DNA of 61,192 bases, filler included, from Jimgerdemannia flammicorona (lineage: Eukaryota), in NCBI GenBank assembly GCA_003990765.1. It is 2 parts of 2 records of this genome, joined end to end, with 100 filler letters (N's around TTAATTAATTAA, not from the genome) between each part and the next. Parts side by side here need not be neighbours in the genome. Positions count along the whole stretch, not along the records: positions 1 to 30,553 come from RBNJ01000440.1; 1 more part is not named here. One strand, given 5' to 3'. Made by a program: the position numbers and the translations under genes. Shown here in pieces: positions 1 through 11,479 of this stretch (position 1 is its first letter; each line of letters begins with the position of its first letter). The notes under the pieces were generated by a model. It searched no databases and had not been told where the DNA came from. It was given only the letters and a program-made list of their open reading frames with translations.

Positions 1-1200
1 TTTTTTTTAATAGACTCATAGTCCCGCAGATTTTGATTAGAAGGGAACCTAGATTATATAAGCCAAAACCCTCCCCCACTATCCACTAAACAATATTCTT
101 CCATTAATCTAAACTACTAAATTGTCCTGCAGTCTCACTGCTCTAGCTATGCCTGTCGAATACTAGCTATGTCAATCCCCACAACATAGATTAGACTTGT
201 CTGCTCACTAGGGCTGGATCATCATTTACACATGAGAGTACATCTATATGTCAGATCTAGCAGTGCTGGGACTGAATAAAGAATAGCCCCCTGAACCCCA
301 AAAGAAAGCCCGAGGCAAAGAAAAAACCCTCCAATCAACCAACAGAGAGCAAAGTAGATTCAAAGTAGGTGAGTAAAGGACTTATACACAGCACCTTTCT
401 CAAAGGACTTACACATAGGCTAGGGCCTGAAGAGACCCCACTCCCACTCTCTGAGCCTGTGGAATGTTACTGTGTCAGCTCCTGGTTCCAGTCAGGTACT
501 GCCAAATGAGGAAGACCCCACTCCCCAAGCCTGTGGGCCTTGATCGCATTGCCGCATCAGCTCTCAGTTCCAGTTGAGTATAGCCAGGATGCCGGCCCCT
601 GCACTACCCCACCACCCACCAGCCAATCAAAAGGCCCCACTGAGATATCATCTGCCCCAGCCCTGATGACTGCCCCCAGCCTGGCACCCCACTGGTTTAC
701 CATAATCGTCCTTTCTCTTATCTATAACAGCCATCTCTCCTCCCATCCTGATATCACCCAAAAAACAGTCACCTATGCCAGAACCACACTTGCCAGGAAG
801 CTTGCCAAAGTCAGAGAGCCCCACCACAGGTACTGAGGACCTGCAGGTAACCTATACTGAGTACTTGATGCCCAAGATCAGCCAACTTCTTATGTAGCCC
901 AAGACACACTGAGACAGTACCTTGTTTAGTGATGGCAAAAGGAAGAAGATACTGCACCAAAATGAATACACTCCAGACATAGCCAAAGATATCAGAAACC
1001 ATGAAAAAGTGGAGAAGACACTGATCTGACACCAATAAAGGGGCAACTCATCACCATTGCCCTCCTCCCACCATGCCCATGCAGGTACAGCAAACCAACC
1101 TGAGGTAGAGAGGGTAATAATAGGAGAAAGGGAACTCAGAAGGTTGCCTACCAAATCTTGTAACTGGTAAGATAGTGGAGAAAGGAGCCTGACTCTGTAG
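1..1200 (-). mobile_element. 5'-truncated non-LTR retrotransposon (LINE family B) 3' remnant, copy A
   Basis: Poly(T) at the window start is a poly(A) tail on the minus strand. Colinear with 47940-49138 (-) and ~52200-53420 (+). A degenerate zf-RVT-like segment (CPF..SDQCLLHFF..VW) lies near 975-1050. Confidence 0.75.
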
Positions 1201-2571
1201 ATATAGATAATAGAATGATAATAAATGGCAAAGTCTATGAGACTATTAAAAAATAAAATAAAATAAATAAATATAAGAAGAAATAAAATAAATTTTATAA
1301 TATAATCTGCTATATATTTATAAAGATATAAAAAAATATATTTGAAAAGAGTAAAGGTAATTCAGTATTTATATAGAGAATAATACAAATTTGCTCCTAG
1401 TTAGATTTATTAAAAAATATTCTGATATACCTAGCCTTATAACTTTGTTATATTAACAAGTATTTGTTCTGAAGTCTCTCTCAGTTAAAGGGTTCTAGAA
1501 ATCGGACCGCATAGACTCGACCCGAGAATGGACCTGTACAAAACCCGACTTGAAATTACAATCCAAATACCAAAATCGAATGGCTCTACTAATGTACAAA
1601 TCTAATACTATGTTTGCCCTGTAAGGGGGAATCTAACAAGTCTGAGATTACTAAATTTTTGAAGAATGTCAAATAATTAGAGTAACGCTCACTGATTAAA
1701 CGTAATGTCCAATCTCGGACTAGTGAAATGTCAAATATCTCCCCGATCCAAGCAATCCATGTCGAAATTGGCCAAAATAAAACTGTTTTCCAGCATCCGG
1801 TATATGCATTAACATACCCTTTTTAGGTTATCACACTTAATAGTCACAGATTTCATAAGCGTTTGTGCTTAGCTGAGGTTGCAAAGTGTAGTAGTAGTGC
1901 TAAGGGAAGAAAAAAAAATGGAATATAGCCAATAGATGTGACACAAATGTGTAACCTTGATGGTAGCATAGCAAATTCTGGTTAACGAAGCTGGATGTAC
2001 TGAGGATGTTAGCCTGCTGATGACAATGTCAAAAGGTTCGACAGACTTGCCAGACTGGCTGGCACTGCCGATAACGGCCACAAATTGATGACAGCAGCAA
2101 ATCAGCCAATTTGTGGCTTATGTTATTGTGGCTTGTGTAAACGTCTTCAATGTCTACGTCACTAGAAATTAATCGTAGCGTTGTTTGCAATATCAAGTAA
2201 TTACAATATTCTACAAATACCAAGTCCTATTAATATTTGATATTTTTCTATTAATATGTGGCCATCCACGATCATCATCCTGTCAATGTTTCCGTAGTGC
2301 CGCTAATTCGTAAGGTTCAGCTGAAGGCATGAACATTATTGGCAGACGAGTGGAAACGTCCGCAACCCCAACCCCGTCTGTGAATCCTGGCACAGTATCC
2401 AATTTTGAGTAAATACACGCTGGGAATTTGACCAGCTGACATTTCGCATCGTCGTTTTTCCGTGATGCATCGTTCTTGGAAAATCTTAATTTCTATGCTT
2501 TCGATAAGCCAAAGTACACACCCGACTTGTGTGGGCACATGGACCCGGTGCCTACCGTCTTGTGATTAATA

Positions 2572-3359
2572 CTATGCCGGCGCGAAACTCAGTTCCACGT
2601 GCCTATTTGAATACGTTAAATTTAGTTGTGTTGCCAGGTACAAATCAACCGGATATATACTTCTAGGACAGGACGCGACAGCAATAGGACGTGAAATTTC
2701 GAGGACGTGCGATTTCACGAGGACGAGCAATTTTTGCTTAGTACTATGTGGCACAAGTTATGCCGGTGTCCAGAAACATTGCACCAATATTTATTTTAAA
2801 CTACCCAAAAGTATTTTATTATTGATGAATTTTGCCTCAAGTGGGCAGGAGAAACGGAATTTCGCGTAGGATGCCGTTCGTCGAAACTCAGTTCAACTTC
2901 CTGTTATAGATAATATTCATTAATAATAAAATACTTTTAAATAAAAAATAAGATGTTTAATGTATGTATTAATAAATACTGGTGCAACTATCACAAGCAT
3001 GCTTGTATCATATAATGCTAAGGAACGATGAGTCGCAAGATCGCCATTTCATCAGTTTTACGTCATTCATCAGTAACGCGTGAAATACGCGACATACGCA
3101 TTTTGAATAAATCGCTTCTGTTCGTCACAACAGAAATCACATAGAAAAAGTGTATTGCCACCTGAGAGGCAAATCTACAAAGTATTAATTATTATCATTT
3201 CGTATTTTACACATTGATGTATTCTTTATTTTATTATCATTATATAATTATCCACGAGCTTTAGTCACCGTTGAATAGTGATTGAATAAAAATGGTTTTT
3301 GTACTCCGTAACATGGCCCGCTCAAACAGGCAGTTGAACTGAGTTTTGACGACTCATAG
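2572..3359. mobile_element. Putative MITE (Tc1/mariner-like, TA-flanked)
   Basis: Imperfect terminal inverted repeats ctatgccggcgcgaaactcagttccac ... gttgaactgagttttgacgactcatag, each flanked by TA. An extra internal TIR-like copy sits at ~2870-2905. No convincing coding capacity. Confidence 0.55.
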
Positions 3360-5114
3360 TAAGCGTCGCACGATCAAGATCGAGTCCTGTCAAGTGGTTT
3401 CGGATGATTCAACCCCAAAATTGAAACCAAAAAAACAAAGGAAAGGAATCGATCATTAAATTTTAGCTGTCAGCACGTAGAATAATATGTAATTCACACT
3501 ACTCAAATCATTTCAGGCATAAGTTCGCTGCGTGAAGGTCAGAAACTATCGATGTAAAATGACATGTACCTGTCCCAAAATATGACGCGTGACGCATGGT
3601 ATGACAAACCCACCCCTGACGAGTGACAATTCTGAGGTACTATAAACAAAACTGATGTCATCACATATATCTATTATAAAAATAGGTTTGCTTATGGCTG
3701 TTGCATTGTAGCATTATAGATATATAATACAAAGATAGTTACTTCTATATAATACTTATGTTAAAAAATATATTATCTAGATTTATTTATTTAAAAACCC
3801 CTATTTATAAATAATTATAAAAATTTATTATAGAAATATATATTTTTATGAGAAATTTAATTTATTATAATTGTATATTAACTTTTATATTGAAATTATA
3901 ATAGACACGTAAGCATAGGTTTTCCGACAACAAAGTATACCCATACTGTCATTTCTGTCGACGTCGTTAAACCAGACTCCACGTCAAGGTTTCTGCTACT
4001 GATGGTGCCAAAGCCCAGTTTATTTACAGCCGCTACATCGACATGAAACAATGCCTAGATGGTGGTTGAGCCGTCGCCGTTGATGTTTTCAGTGAAGAGC
4101 CAAACCTTGGAGGCTTATAAAATATGGCAAATCGTTGTTCAAAGCACTATAAAATATGGCAGATCGTTTTTCAAAGCGCGATTTTCCGAAAAGAACATCG
4201 ACTGGCTTCGATAAGTTCGACGATACGAAGTTGAAATCATTGCTGGCACGCTTGTCCCCCCAGAAATTGGAGCAGCTCCTCGCCTTAATCGAACAGAGGT
4301 GTCGGACAGTGCGCCATACGCTCGGTATAAATCAGTCGACTCGGAGGAACACTGAGCCGGAGACCGGTGTGACAGGCGAAGTTGCCAGCGACCCGACGGG
4401 GGGTCACAGAAAGGAGAGGAGAACTGGTTGCAGCAATGTAGAGTGAAGGACGGTTAAGTATAGAGTTTTTTTTTTTTTTTGTGAACTTTTTGAACTCTTT
4501 TGTTTGAACGGCGAACTAATGACTTCTGTGGAAATTTTTTTGTCCTGTATTTTAACTCGCTGCATCGTGTAAGTAACGTGACGTCTCACGTTTACTTTTC
4601 AACGGCTGATAAATATTCCTGAATGCGAACGCATAAAGTGGAATGGTAAACCCTGTTATACATAATAAATCAATAAAATAGGGAGAGAGTCAAAAGAATT
4701 AACGTTGTGCGTGTCATAGAGAAATAGTAAATCGTAATATTTGCAAGCACGGTCGGAAATTGTGGGAAGTGTTCAACATTCTCGTGTTTTGGTCGCTCTG
4801 CCCCTGCCCCGAATCTTGTAGTGGAAGGGGAAGGGGGGCGACGACATTTGGGACTGAGTCAAGGCAGGCGATATCACTTTGGTGGACTCTGTTCACGCTC
4901 ATCGCCAATTACTCCTGCGTCGGTGTACGAATAGGATGCCTCGGTTTTGTTTAGCCCAGATCGCTTACTCCATAGGCAGGTCGGACAAGGAAGTTTGCTT
5001 GTCACAGATTATACTTTTTAAATGATTTATTGAGCTAGTTAATAAATATAATGATACAGATAATGGCAACTACAGGATACGTACAAGTAGTTATTTTAAA
5101 ATACCGCGACAATT

Positions 5115-7559
5115 TCAATACAATACAAGAACCCAACTGTTCTCCGTAATCTCCTCTACCTCTATCTTCGTCGGGGTGGTTTTCACGCTCTCCAGCATCT
5201 CGTCCGGGCCGCAGATAATTACTACGTTCTGCCGACTCTCGTCCTTGGATATTCCAGTAATCTCGTCGTTTGCCATCTCGCCTGGCTCGTAGAAATTAGA
5301 GTTGATATAATCCATCGTAGAGGCAACCGAGCCCCCACGAAGCAACCTGGTGAAGAAGTTCTTGTCACCTCTTTTGGAAGTTACACCGGAAACTTGAATA
5401 CTGGTATGCCTCAATTTTCCTTGTCCGTAGGCGCCAGGTGTATTTCGATTCCCGAGGAGAAGCGGAAGTCATCCTTTTCTTTCCCGTCTTGTGGACCGAG
5501 TACCGAGCTCTGGCGACGAAGTGGCGGTTTTTTCTTCGACACGCAATCGGTATCGCGACGACGTCCCAAAAGGTCGTCGGTAATGTCTGTCCCATTGGCA
5601 CGCTTGAGAATCATCGATCTTCCAGGGTGGGAGGCTACCCAGTCCATAATGTCGAAGACAAAGTCGTCCACAATGACTAGAACGGCGCCGCTTGCTATGC
5701 GTTCGTTTAAATCATTCCAAGTAATGAGCTTAAGATTCTCCATCACCTCACCATTAATGAATTGTCTCATGCCTAGCTTGTCTTCGGCTGCCTCGGTTTC
5801 CAGTTTCTTCTTCCGGTTCCGCCTAGCTTGCCACGAGAACAAGACTTGCTTGATCGTGAAGACGGCCACGAGTATGCTCAGCCAACCCAGGTAAATGTTC
5901 GCCAAAATTGTAGTGGGATCGAAATAGATAATGCCGAGATAGATGTTGGCGAGGGTGCCGATTACCAATGTGGCACCAATATATTTGTACATCTTCTTGA
6001 TGACTAGGAAAATGCCGGTGTTTACGGATTCAACCCTCTCCATGCTGTAGTTCGAAAACAGGCCCATGCCGATTTGCACAAAAATGAGGCTATACAGGAT
6101 CAGACCAACGATCGCGTGTAAGGTGCGGACAGACGGGGGTCGGTGACCGACATGACGGCGGCGCCGAAGGCAGCAACGGTAACACTGCGGACGAGCTGGA
6201 GACTGCGGTGGATTATAAGATACATTTCCCAGTGTTTAGCAAACCTATTTTGAAGCCAGAATGTGAATGATTTTGGTGAGACAAAATGATCTGCAAAAAA
6301 AGCATACTTTCAGTACATATGGGACGATATTCATTCTACTGACCTCATAATGTAAATCGAGACAGGAAACAACACCGCCCACACAACAAACATTGCCGCG
6401 CCATGCACCAACTGCGCATTTCGGCGTTTAGTTCGGCTAGTTCGGCAATATTCCCCGACAAGAAATTGATTTTCATTCCCCCACGGTTCCCGCCATGATC
6501 GGGTCTTGCGGGTTGTATGCCCAGATCACATTCATATCTGAATTGTTAAACACCGCCTTTCCGACCACGCCTGTATCCATCGCCCGCGTGAACGTTACCA
6601 GAATGGCCCTTCCCACAATTTTATATGTCATATTGTTCAGTATGTGCGCGTCCGTGTCGTTCACTGGCGCCTGTGCGTTCCCTTTCGACTGATACAAGTT
6701 CAGCCTCACCACTTCTGTTGTCGACTACGCGGAAGCGATGATGAATTCTGCGCCTGCCATTGAGAGGGCACCGAGTGGGTTAAGCCCGATGCCGAACCAC
6801 CCTTGAGAAGATTGGAGGGTGAGGGTAATGTTGATTAGGTTTGCGGACTGGTCAGTCTTCCATTGTATCATATAATCCGGGGTGAATTCGTAATGGTTCG
6901 GGTAGGCACTCGTGTCGGTGGGCGCGTTACGAGATTGTAAGCCAATTGGTTGCACGAACCAGAGGTTAGCTGGGAGGAGAGAAGAGAGCGGGTTCGGCTG
7001 GAGCGTGCCGTTCAGACTAGCAGGGTAGGTTGGAGTGGCCGAAACAGTTTGGAGATTCCCCGTAACGGGGTCGGCGAGGTTGCGGATAATGATGTCGCGT
7101 AGGGTGATGTGCTGGACAACCTCCAGATCCTCCTTGGTGAACATGTCGTTCTCGTACCAGAACCGGTCGGAATCACGGAGCCGCGTGAACTGATTCCAGA
7201 GGCTGGCGTTGAAGAGCTCGCCGACGTTCGCCCCGATCACGTGGTCCTCTGCTAGACCGCCCACCAGCGATTCCACCTGGTCTACGCTCTGGTATGTTTG
7301 CTCCAGGCGCTTCTGAACCTTGATGTCTGTGGTAATGTCGGCAAACGAACTCTTCCGTGGGAGTCCGAACGCCTTGCGGGCGTCGTTGTAGAGTGGAAGA
7401 CCTTGATCGCGCGCGCGGAGAATGTCTGAGCTGGCGACATCGACGTTAGTATTGAGCGCGCTGACGTAGTTACGCACCGAGTCGGCGTAATATACGTCCA
7501 CCTCCTCCTGGACTGGCAGACTAAGCGACCGCAGGATGGTGGCGATGTCGTACTTGTAG
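5115..7559 (-). pseudogene. Animal-type heme peroxidase + DOMON + cytochrome b561 + cytochrome b5 + reductase NAD-binding tail; 5'-truncated pseudogene
   Basis: Peroxidase C-terminal motifs (DILRARDQGLPLYNDARKAFGLP; VGGLAED; QFTRLRDSDRFWYEN). DOMON (GWFGIG..MAGAE; VTFTR; VIWAY). b561 histidine helices (LVHGAAMFVVWAVLFP; IHRSLQ; LHAIVG). Cyt-b5 (VFDIMDWVASHPGR..NGTDIT). VIICGPDEM tail. GT-AG intron ~6245-6342 and a splice acceptor at 7560-7561. In-frame TAG at 6725-6727 and several frameshifts. Confidence 0.85.
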
Positions 7560-7809
7560 CTAATACAAAAGCGAGCATGTTGGCACCAGAGACCTACATC
7601 ACACCGAAACCCTTGCGCCGTCTATATGGCGCCCGAAACATTCCTGCAATCATTGACCTGCGATTTCTTACGAAACCCCTCATTCAATGTCTAGCTGTAA
7701 TGTTTGAACCCTACGCTTCTCCTCAAGTAAAGTTGCATTGTGAAGAACCACTTGAACCCAACTCGCAAACATTGGAACTGCAGCGAAGAGAAAACCACGA
7801 TTGAAGTTC

Positions 7810-8870
7810 AATGTTCGTATATTTGGGAAGAGAAAAAGGTGCGAGAAGAATGGATGTGATGAACAAAACTGGCCCAAATAAAAGGGATGTGGAGAGCATG
7901 AGGTGGTTGTAGAGAGAGTGAGGTATAGAGGTCAGGTACAGCCCAAATGGAAAGGCAGGTGGTGTGTGAGAGGAGAAGGGATAAAGAGAGGCTGGTGACA
8001 TGGGCCATGTGGAGAGGCTGGTGACACGGGCTGCATGGAAGTGGTTGGTGATGGGAGCCACGCGCTGGTGACACGTGCTGTGTGCAGAGAAGAGGTGGGG
8101 AGGAATGATTAGTAGTGAGATGAGAGAGGGAATATATTGCTGGTAATATGAGCAGTATGAGTACAAGTGAGGGAAGCCTATAAAAGCAACAAATGAGAGA
8201 CAGGCATATGAATGTAGCCTTTGTATACAGTACTTGACCAATAGCCAAGGAGTTGGATCTTATAGTTAGAGAGACCAGTGGTAGTGGTGTCAGACATTAC
8301 ACCAATGTAGAATCTATATCCACCATAGAGACATAGATTCAGTCCAATGTAAGGGAGGAGAGAATGCAGGCAGTGGACAAGATATTGGCAGGAGAATGGG
8401 CAAATGTGGAGAGTATAAAGAGGGGTATACTGGGCAGGACCAATGAGTAAGAAATAGAAGGCACAATAGAGAGACTGTATAGGGTGCATCCAGGTGTGTC
8501 TGCAATAGAGAGAGATACATCTTAATAGAAAGAGTCCATTTTAGAGACAGGGAGAATGAGGGTGATGTGGGTTGGGTCAAGGATATTAGGGTGAAAGACA
8601 ATACTATAGTGTGAGGTCTGAGAGGAGATACATATCAAATGAGCCTTACTATATGAGTTTTCTAGATTATAAGAAGCCTATATATACTAAGGATATTGTG
8701 GATACCAGAGTAAGATCATTATGGTCAAATAAGCAAAGAAGGCTAATTAGGTACCAAAGATTGCCAAGATTGATAAGAAGGTAGGACTGAGTAAACTAGA
8801 TACCTAACTAATATTTGATGCTGTAAATGATATATGACAGCTACTATAGACTGAGAATAGATCATTGAAG
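7810..8870 (-). mobile_element. Degenerate non-LTR-retrotransposon-like fragment
   Basis: Abrupt switch to CpG-poor, strand-skewed (C/T-rich on minus) sequence similar in composition to LINE family B at 51640-52300. No diagnostic motif recognised. Confidence 0.3.
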
Positions 8871-9532
8871 CTATTGGAATGGTAACTTGATATATCAATA
8901 TATGACTTATATGTACTATTCTATCAAATTTATATCATTTATCAGTAATATATAAAATATATATTTAATAAAGTGTCTCTCTTTTTACAATAAAGGTTAT
9001 GAGCTCCACTAGTACTAAGTAGTAATAGCATATAAATACACTTCTTTAAAATATACTATACTAGAAATATCTGATGAATACTTTAACAATATAAGTATAG
9101 AAATAGATATACTAATCACAAGTATTTCTATAGGTGTAATCACAACAACAACTGCAACAGATATGGAAAACACAGTTTCAGTTGTAAGCATAAATATAGC
9201 CAAGAGGTCCATTCTGATCATTGACAGAAAAGATTATATGATCTGAGTATTTTATATAATAAATCTTCTTGATAAATGTGGTTTAGCAGAGTATATAAAG
9301 TCAAGCACTGATTCAAGATTACATCAGTGCAAATGACTATTGAGTATTATGTAAGATTATATTTATACTATCCAACTCCCAAATAAAGCTTATAATATAT
9401 ATAGCAATTACTTATGAGATCTGAGAGACTCTATATAATCATCATGTACAAATATCCACATTGAATCAATTCTATCTGAAATCTCAACTATTCAATTGAT
9501 AAATAAAGCCAAAGAAGACTATTTATGAATAT

Positions 9533-10018
9533 TGTGATGGTTTATCTGAATTAGTAACATGAATTAGGGGAATAAGACATTTGATCATAGTACCTAAATC
9601 TGATTCCCAAATATAGTATAACCCAGATAGCAGTTATTTTACAAATGGTAAAGTTTTCATAAATGTTAAACTATTCACAGATGTTAAACTCTTTGATGAT
9701 TGTTAAAGATTTAACAGATGTCAAGGATTTAACACTTATAAAAGAAATGACTCATAGGAAACGTAGTCATAACTTAGCCATCTCATAGCTAGCAAAACTT
9801 GTATAAATAACCTAGTATCTTAGAGTGAATAAAGCTTCAGATCAAAATAGTTCAAAGCAAAGAAATAGCAAAGAAACTAGTAAGCCTGTGGGCAGATATA
9901 CTTCAAACTCACCCACCCTCCCCTACAACTCAAAGGACTCTGCGAGAGTCAGAACAGTCAAGTTCTCAAGATACAGAAATCTGATGTACTTTCAAGAGTA
10001 AGCATCTGCTATATTACA
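9533..10018 (+). repeat. Gypsy-1 5' LTR
   Basis: TG...CA ends; direct repeat of 15788-16272; TATAAATA 9802-9809 and AATAAA 9828-9833. Confidence 0.95.
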
Positions 10019-10021
10019 ACT

Positions 10022-10038
10022 TGGTGCCCATTGGTTGG
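10022..10038 (+). promoter_or_regulatory. Primer-binding site (tRNA 3'-end complement)
   Basis: TGGTGCCCATTGGTTGG three bases after the LTR end; near-identical at 33879 in Gypsy-2. Cognate tRNA not identified. Confidence 0.8.
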
Positions 10039-10132
10039 TAATTCAAGATGAATTCATCACTTTTAAGCTGAATAATAAACAACTATCACTACCTGAACAA
10101 CCATACAAACTGAGCCTCAATACCCAGATAAG

Positions 10133-11200
10133 ATGGATATAAGACTACCAGTATTCTATGAATATATCTCAGATGAATCAATCATCATCTTCATTGATGA
10201 TTTTGAGCAGTATGCTGCTGTAAGGACCCTGACAGCAGCACAGCAAGTAGCCCTTATGCTCTTTAGCCTACAAGGCCCTACAAGAGCAGCATTCATAGCT
10301 GTAAACCATATGGGAAATGATGCTGATACTACACTGATAGCAGCTTCAAACTACCTACTACACAGATGAGATCAAGCAAGCTCTAAAGGACCAGCTCAAT
10401 ATAATATACCAAGGAATGAGTGAAGATCCAAACACATTCTACACAAGAATCTGATACCAGATAATCCTCACAGATTATGCTGATGCTATCCAAGACCAAG
10501 TAGCTGAAGCAACCTTCATGAAAGAAGTCCACCCAGAGATAGCCATGGCCATCCACTCATCACTAGTAATTCTGGATCTGCCACAGAAGGTCACCTATGC
10601 TCAGCGATACTGGATAGCCAGATACCCACAAGACCATACAATGGAGAGAGTTACAGGAGTCAGAATCGAAGCACTCAAGGCAACCAGTGTGATCCCTACC
10701 ACAATGATCAATCGAAACACACCTCAGCCCAAAGCTATAGAGCAGCAAAAGAACAGTGACCCTTTGGAAGAAATTACCAAGAGGTTTGTGGAAATGACTG
10801 CCCACCTGGGAGATGTGATAAAAGAGATCAGAGGAAGAGACTGCTGCCCTGTTCAGAAGTTTGCTGCCACCTCAGACAAGAAGAAAGATACCTGCTACAC
10901 CTGTGGAGAAAAAGGCCACTACTCCTATGAATGCATGAGTGAAACCAAGCACAAGGCACAGCCAAGTAATGCTACTAAAAACAAGAAGCAGGCCAATACA
11001 ATTACCTTCAAAGGAATTGGAGATTCTGATAAAGAAGAATGAGAGGCCTATTCTGCCCAGACCACTAAGAAGGATGTTTATAAGGAACCCTACAAGAGAT
11101 CACCAGGAAGACCCAAGAAGAATCCAGTGAAAAAACAGATGGAAACCACTACAGAAAGCCAAGTCAAAGAGATGGACCAAGATATGGAGCTGGAGTAAGC
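10133..11200 (+). pseudogene. gag: Gypsy-1 gag
   Basis: Retrotransposon gag-like N-terminus and CCHC knuckle CYTCGEKGHYSYEC; interrupted by stops and frameshifts. Confidence 0.85.
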
Positions 11201-11479
11201 AAGTCAAGATATTATCCAAGGAACCACTCCAGCTAGTGAAGGAGAAAAAGAAAAGAAAAGAAACTTTGCAAGACTAAGACTTTCAAGTATGATATCTTCA
11301 AGGACCTTAGCCAATAAAAGGTCAATGCAACTTTTGGTCAGCTTGCAGAAATCCCAATATTCAGACAGCGAGGTTTGGACTTGCCAAAACAACCAAGGAG
11401 CAAGGATGGAAGATAACTGAGGCCAATAATGTTCAAGAGGACTTAGGAGAAGAAAGTGAAGACAATCACAAAACCTCCA

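Noticed and set aside
4156..4446. 96-aa ORF in CpG-rich unique DNA
   Set aside because: No recognisable homology; it could be a small exon but cannot be supported from sequence alone.
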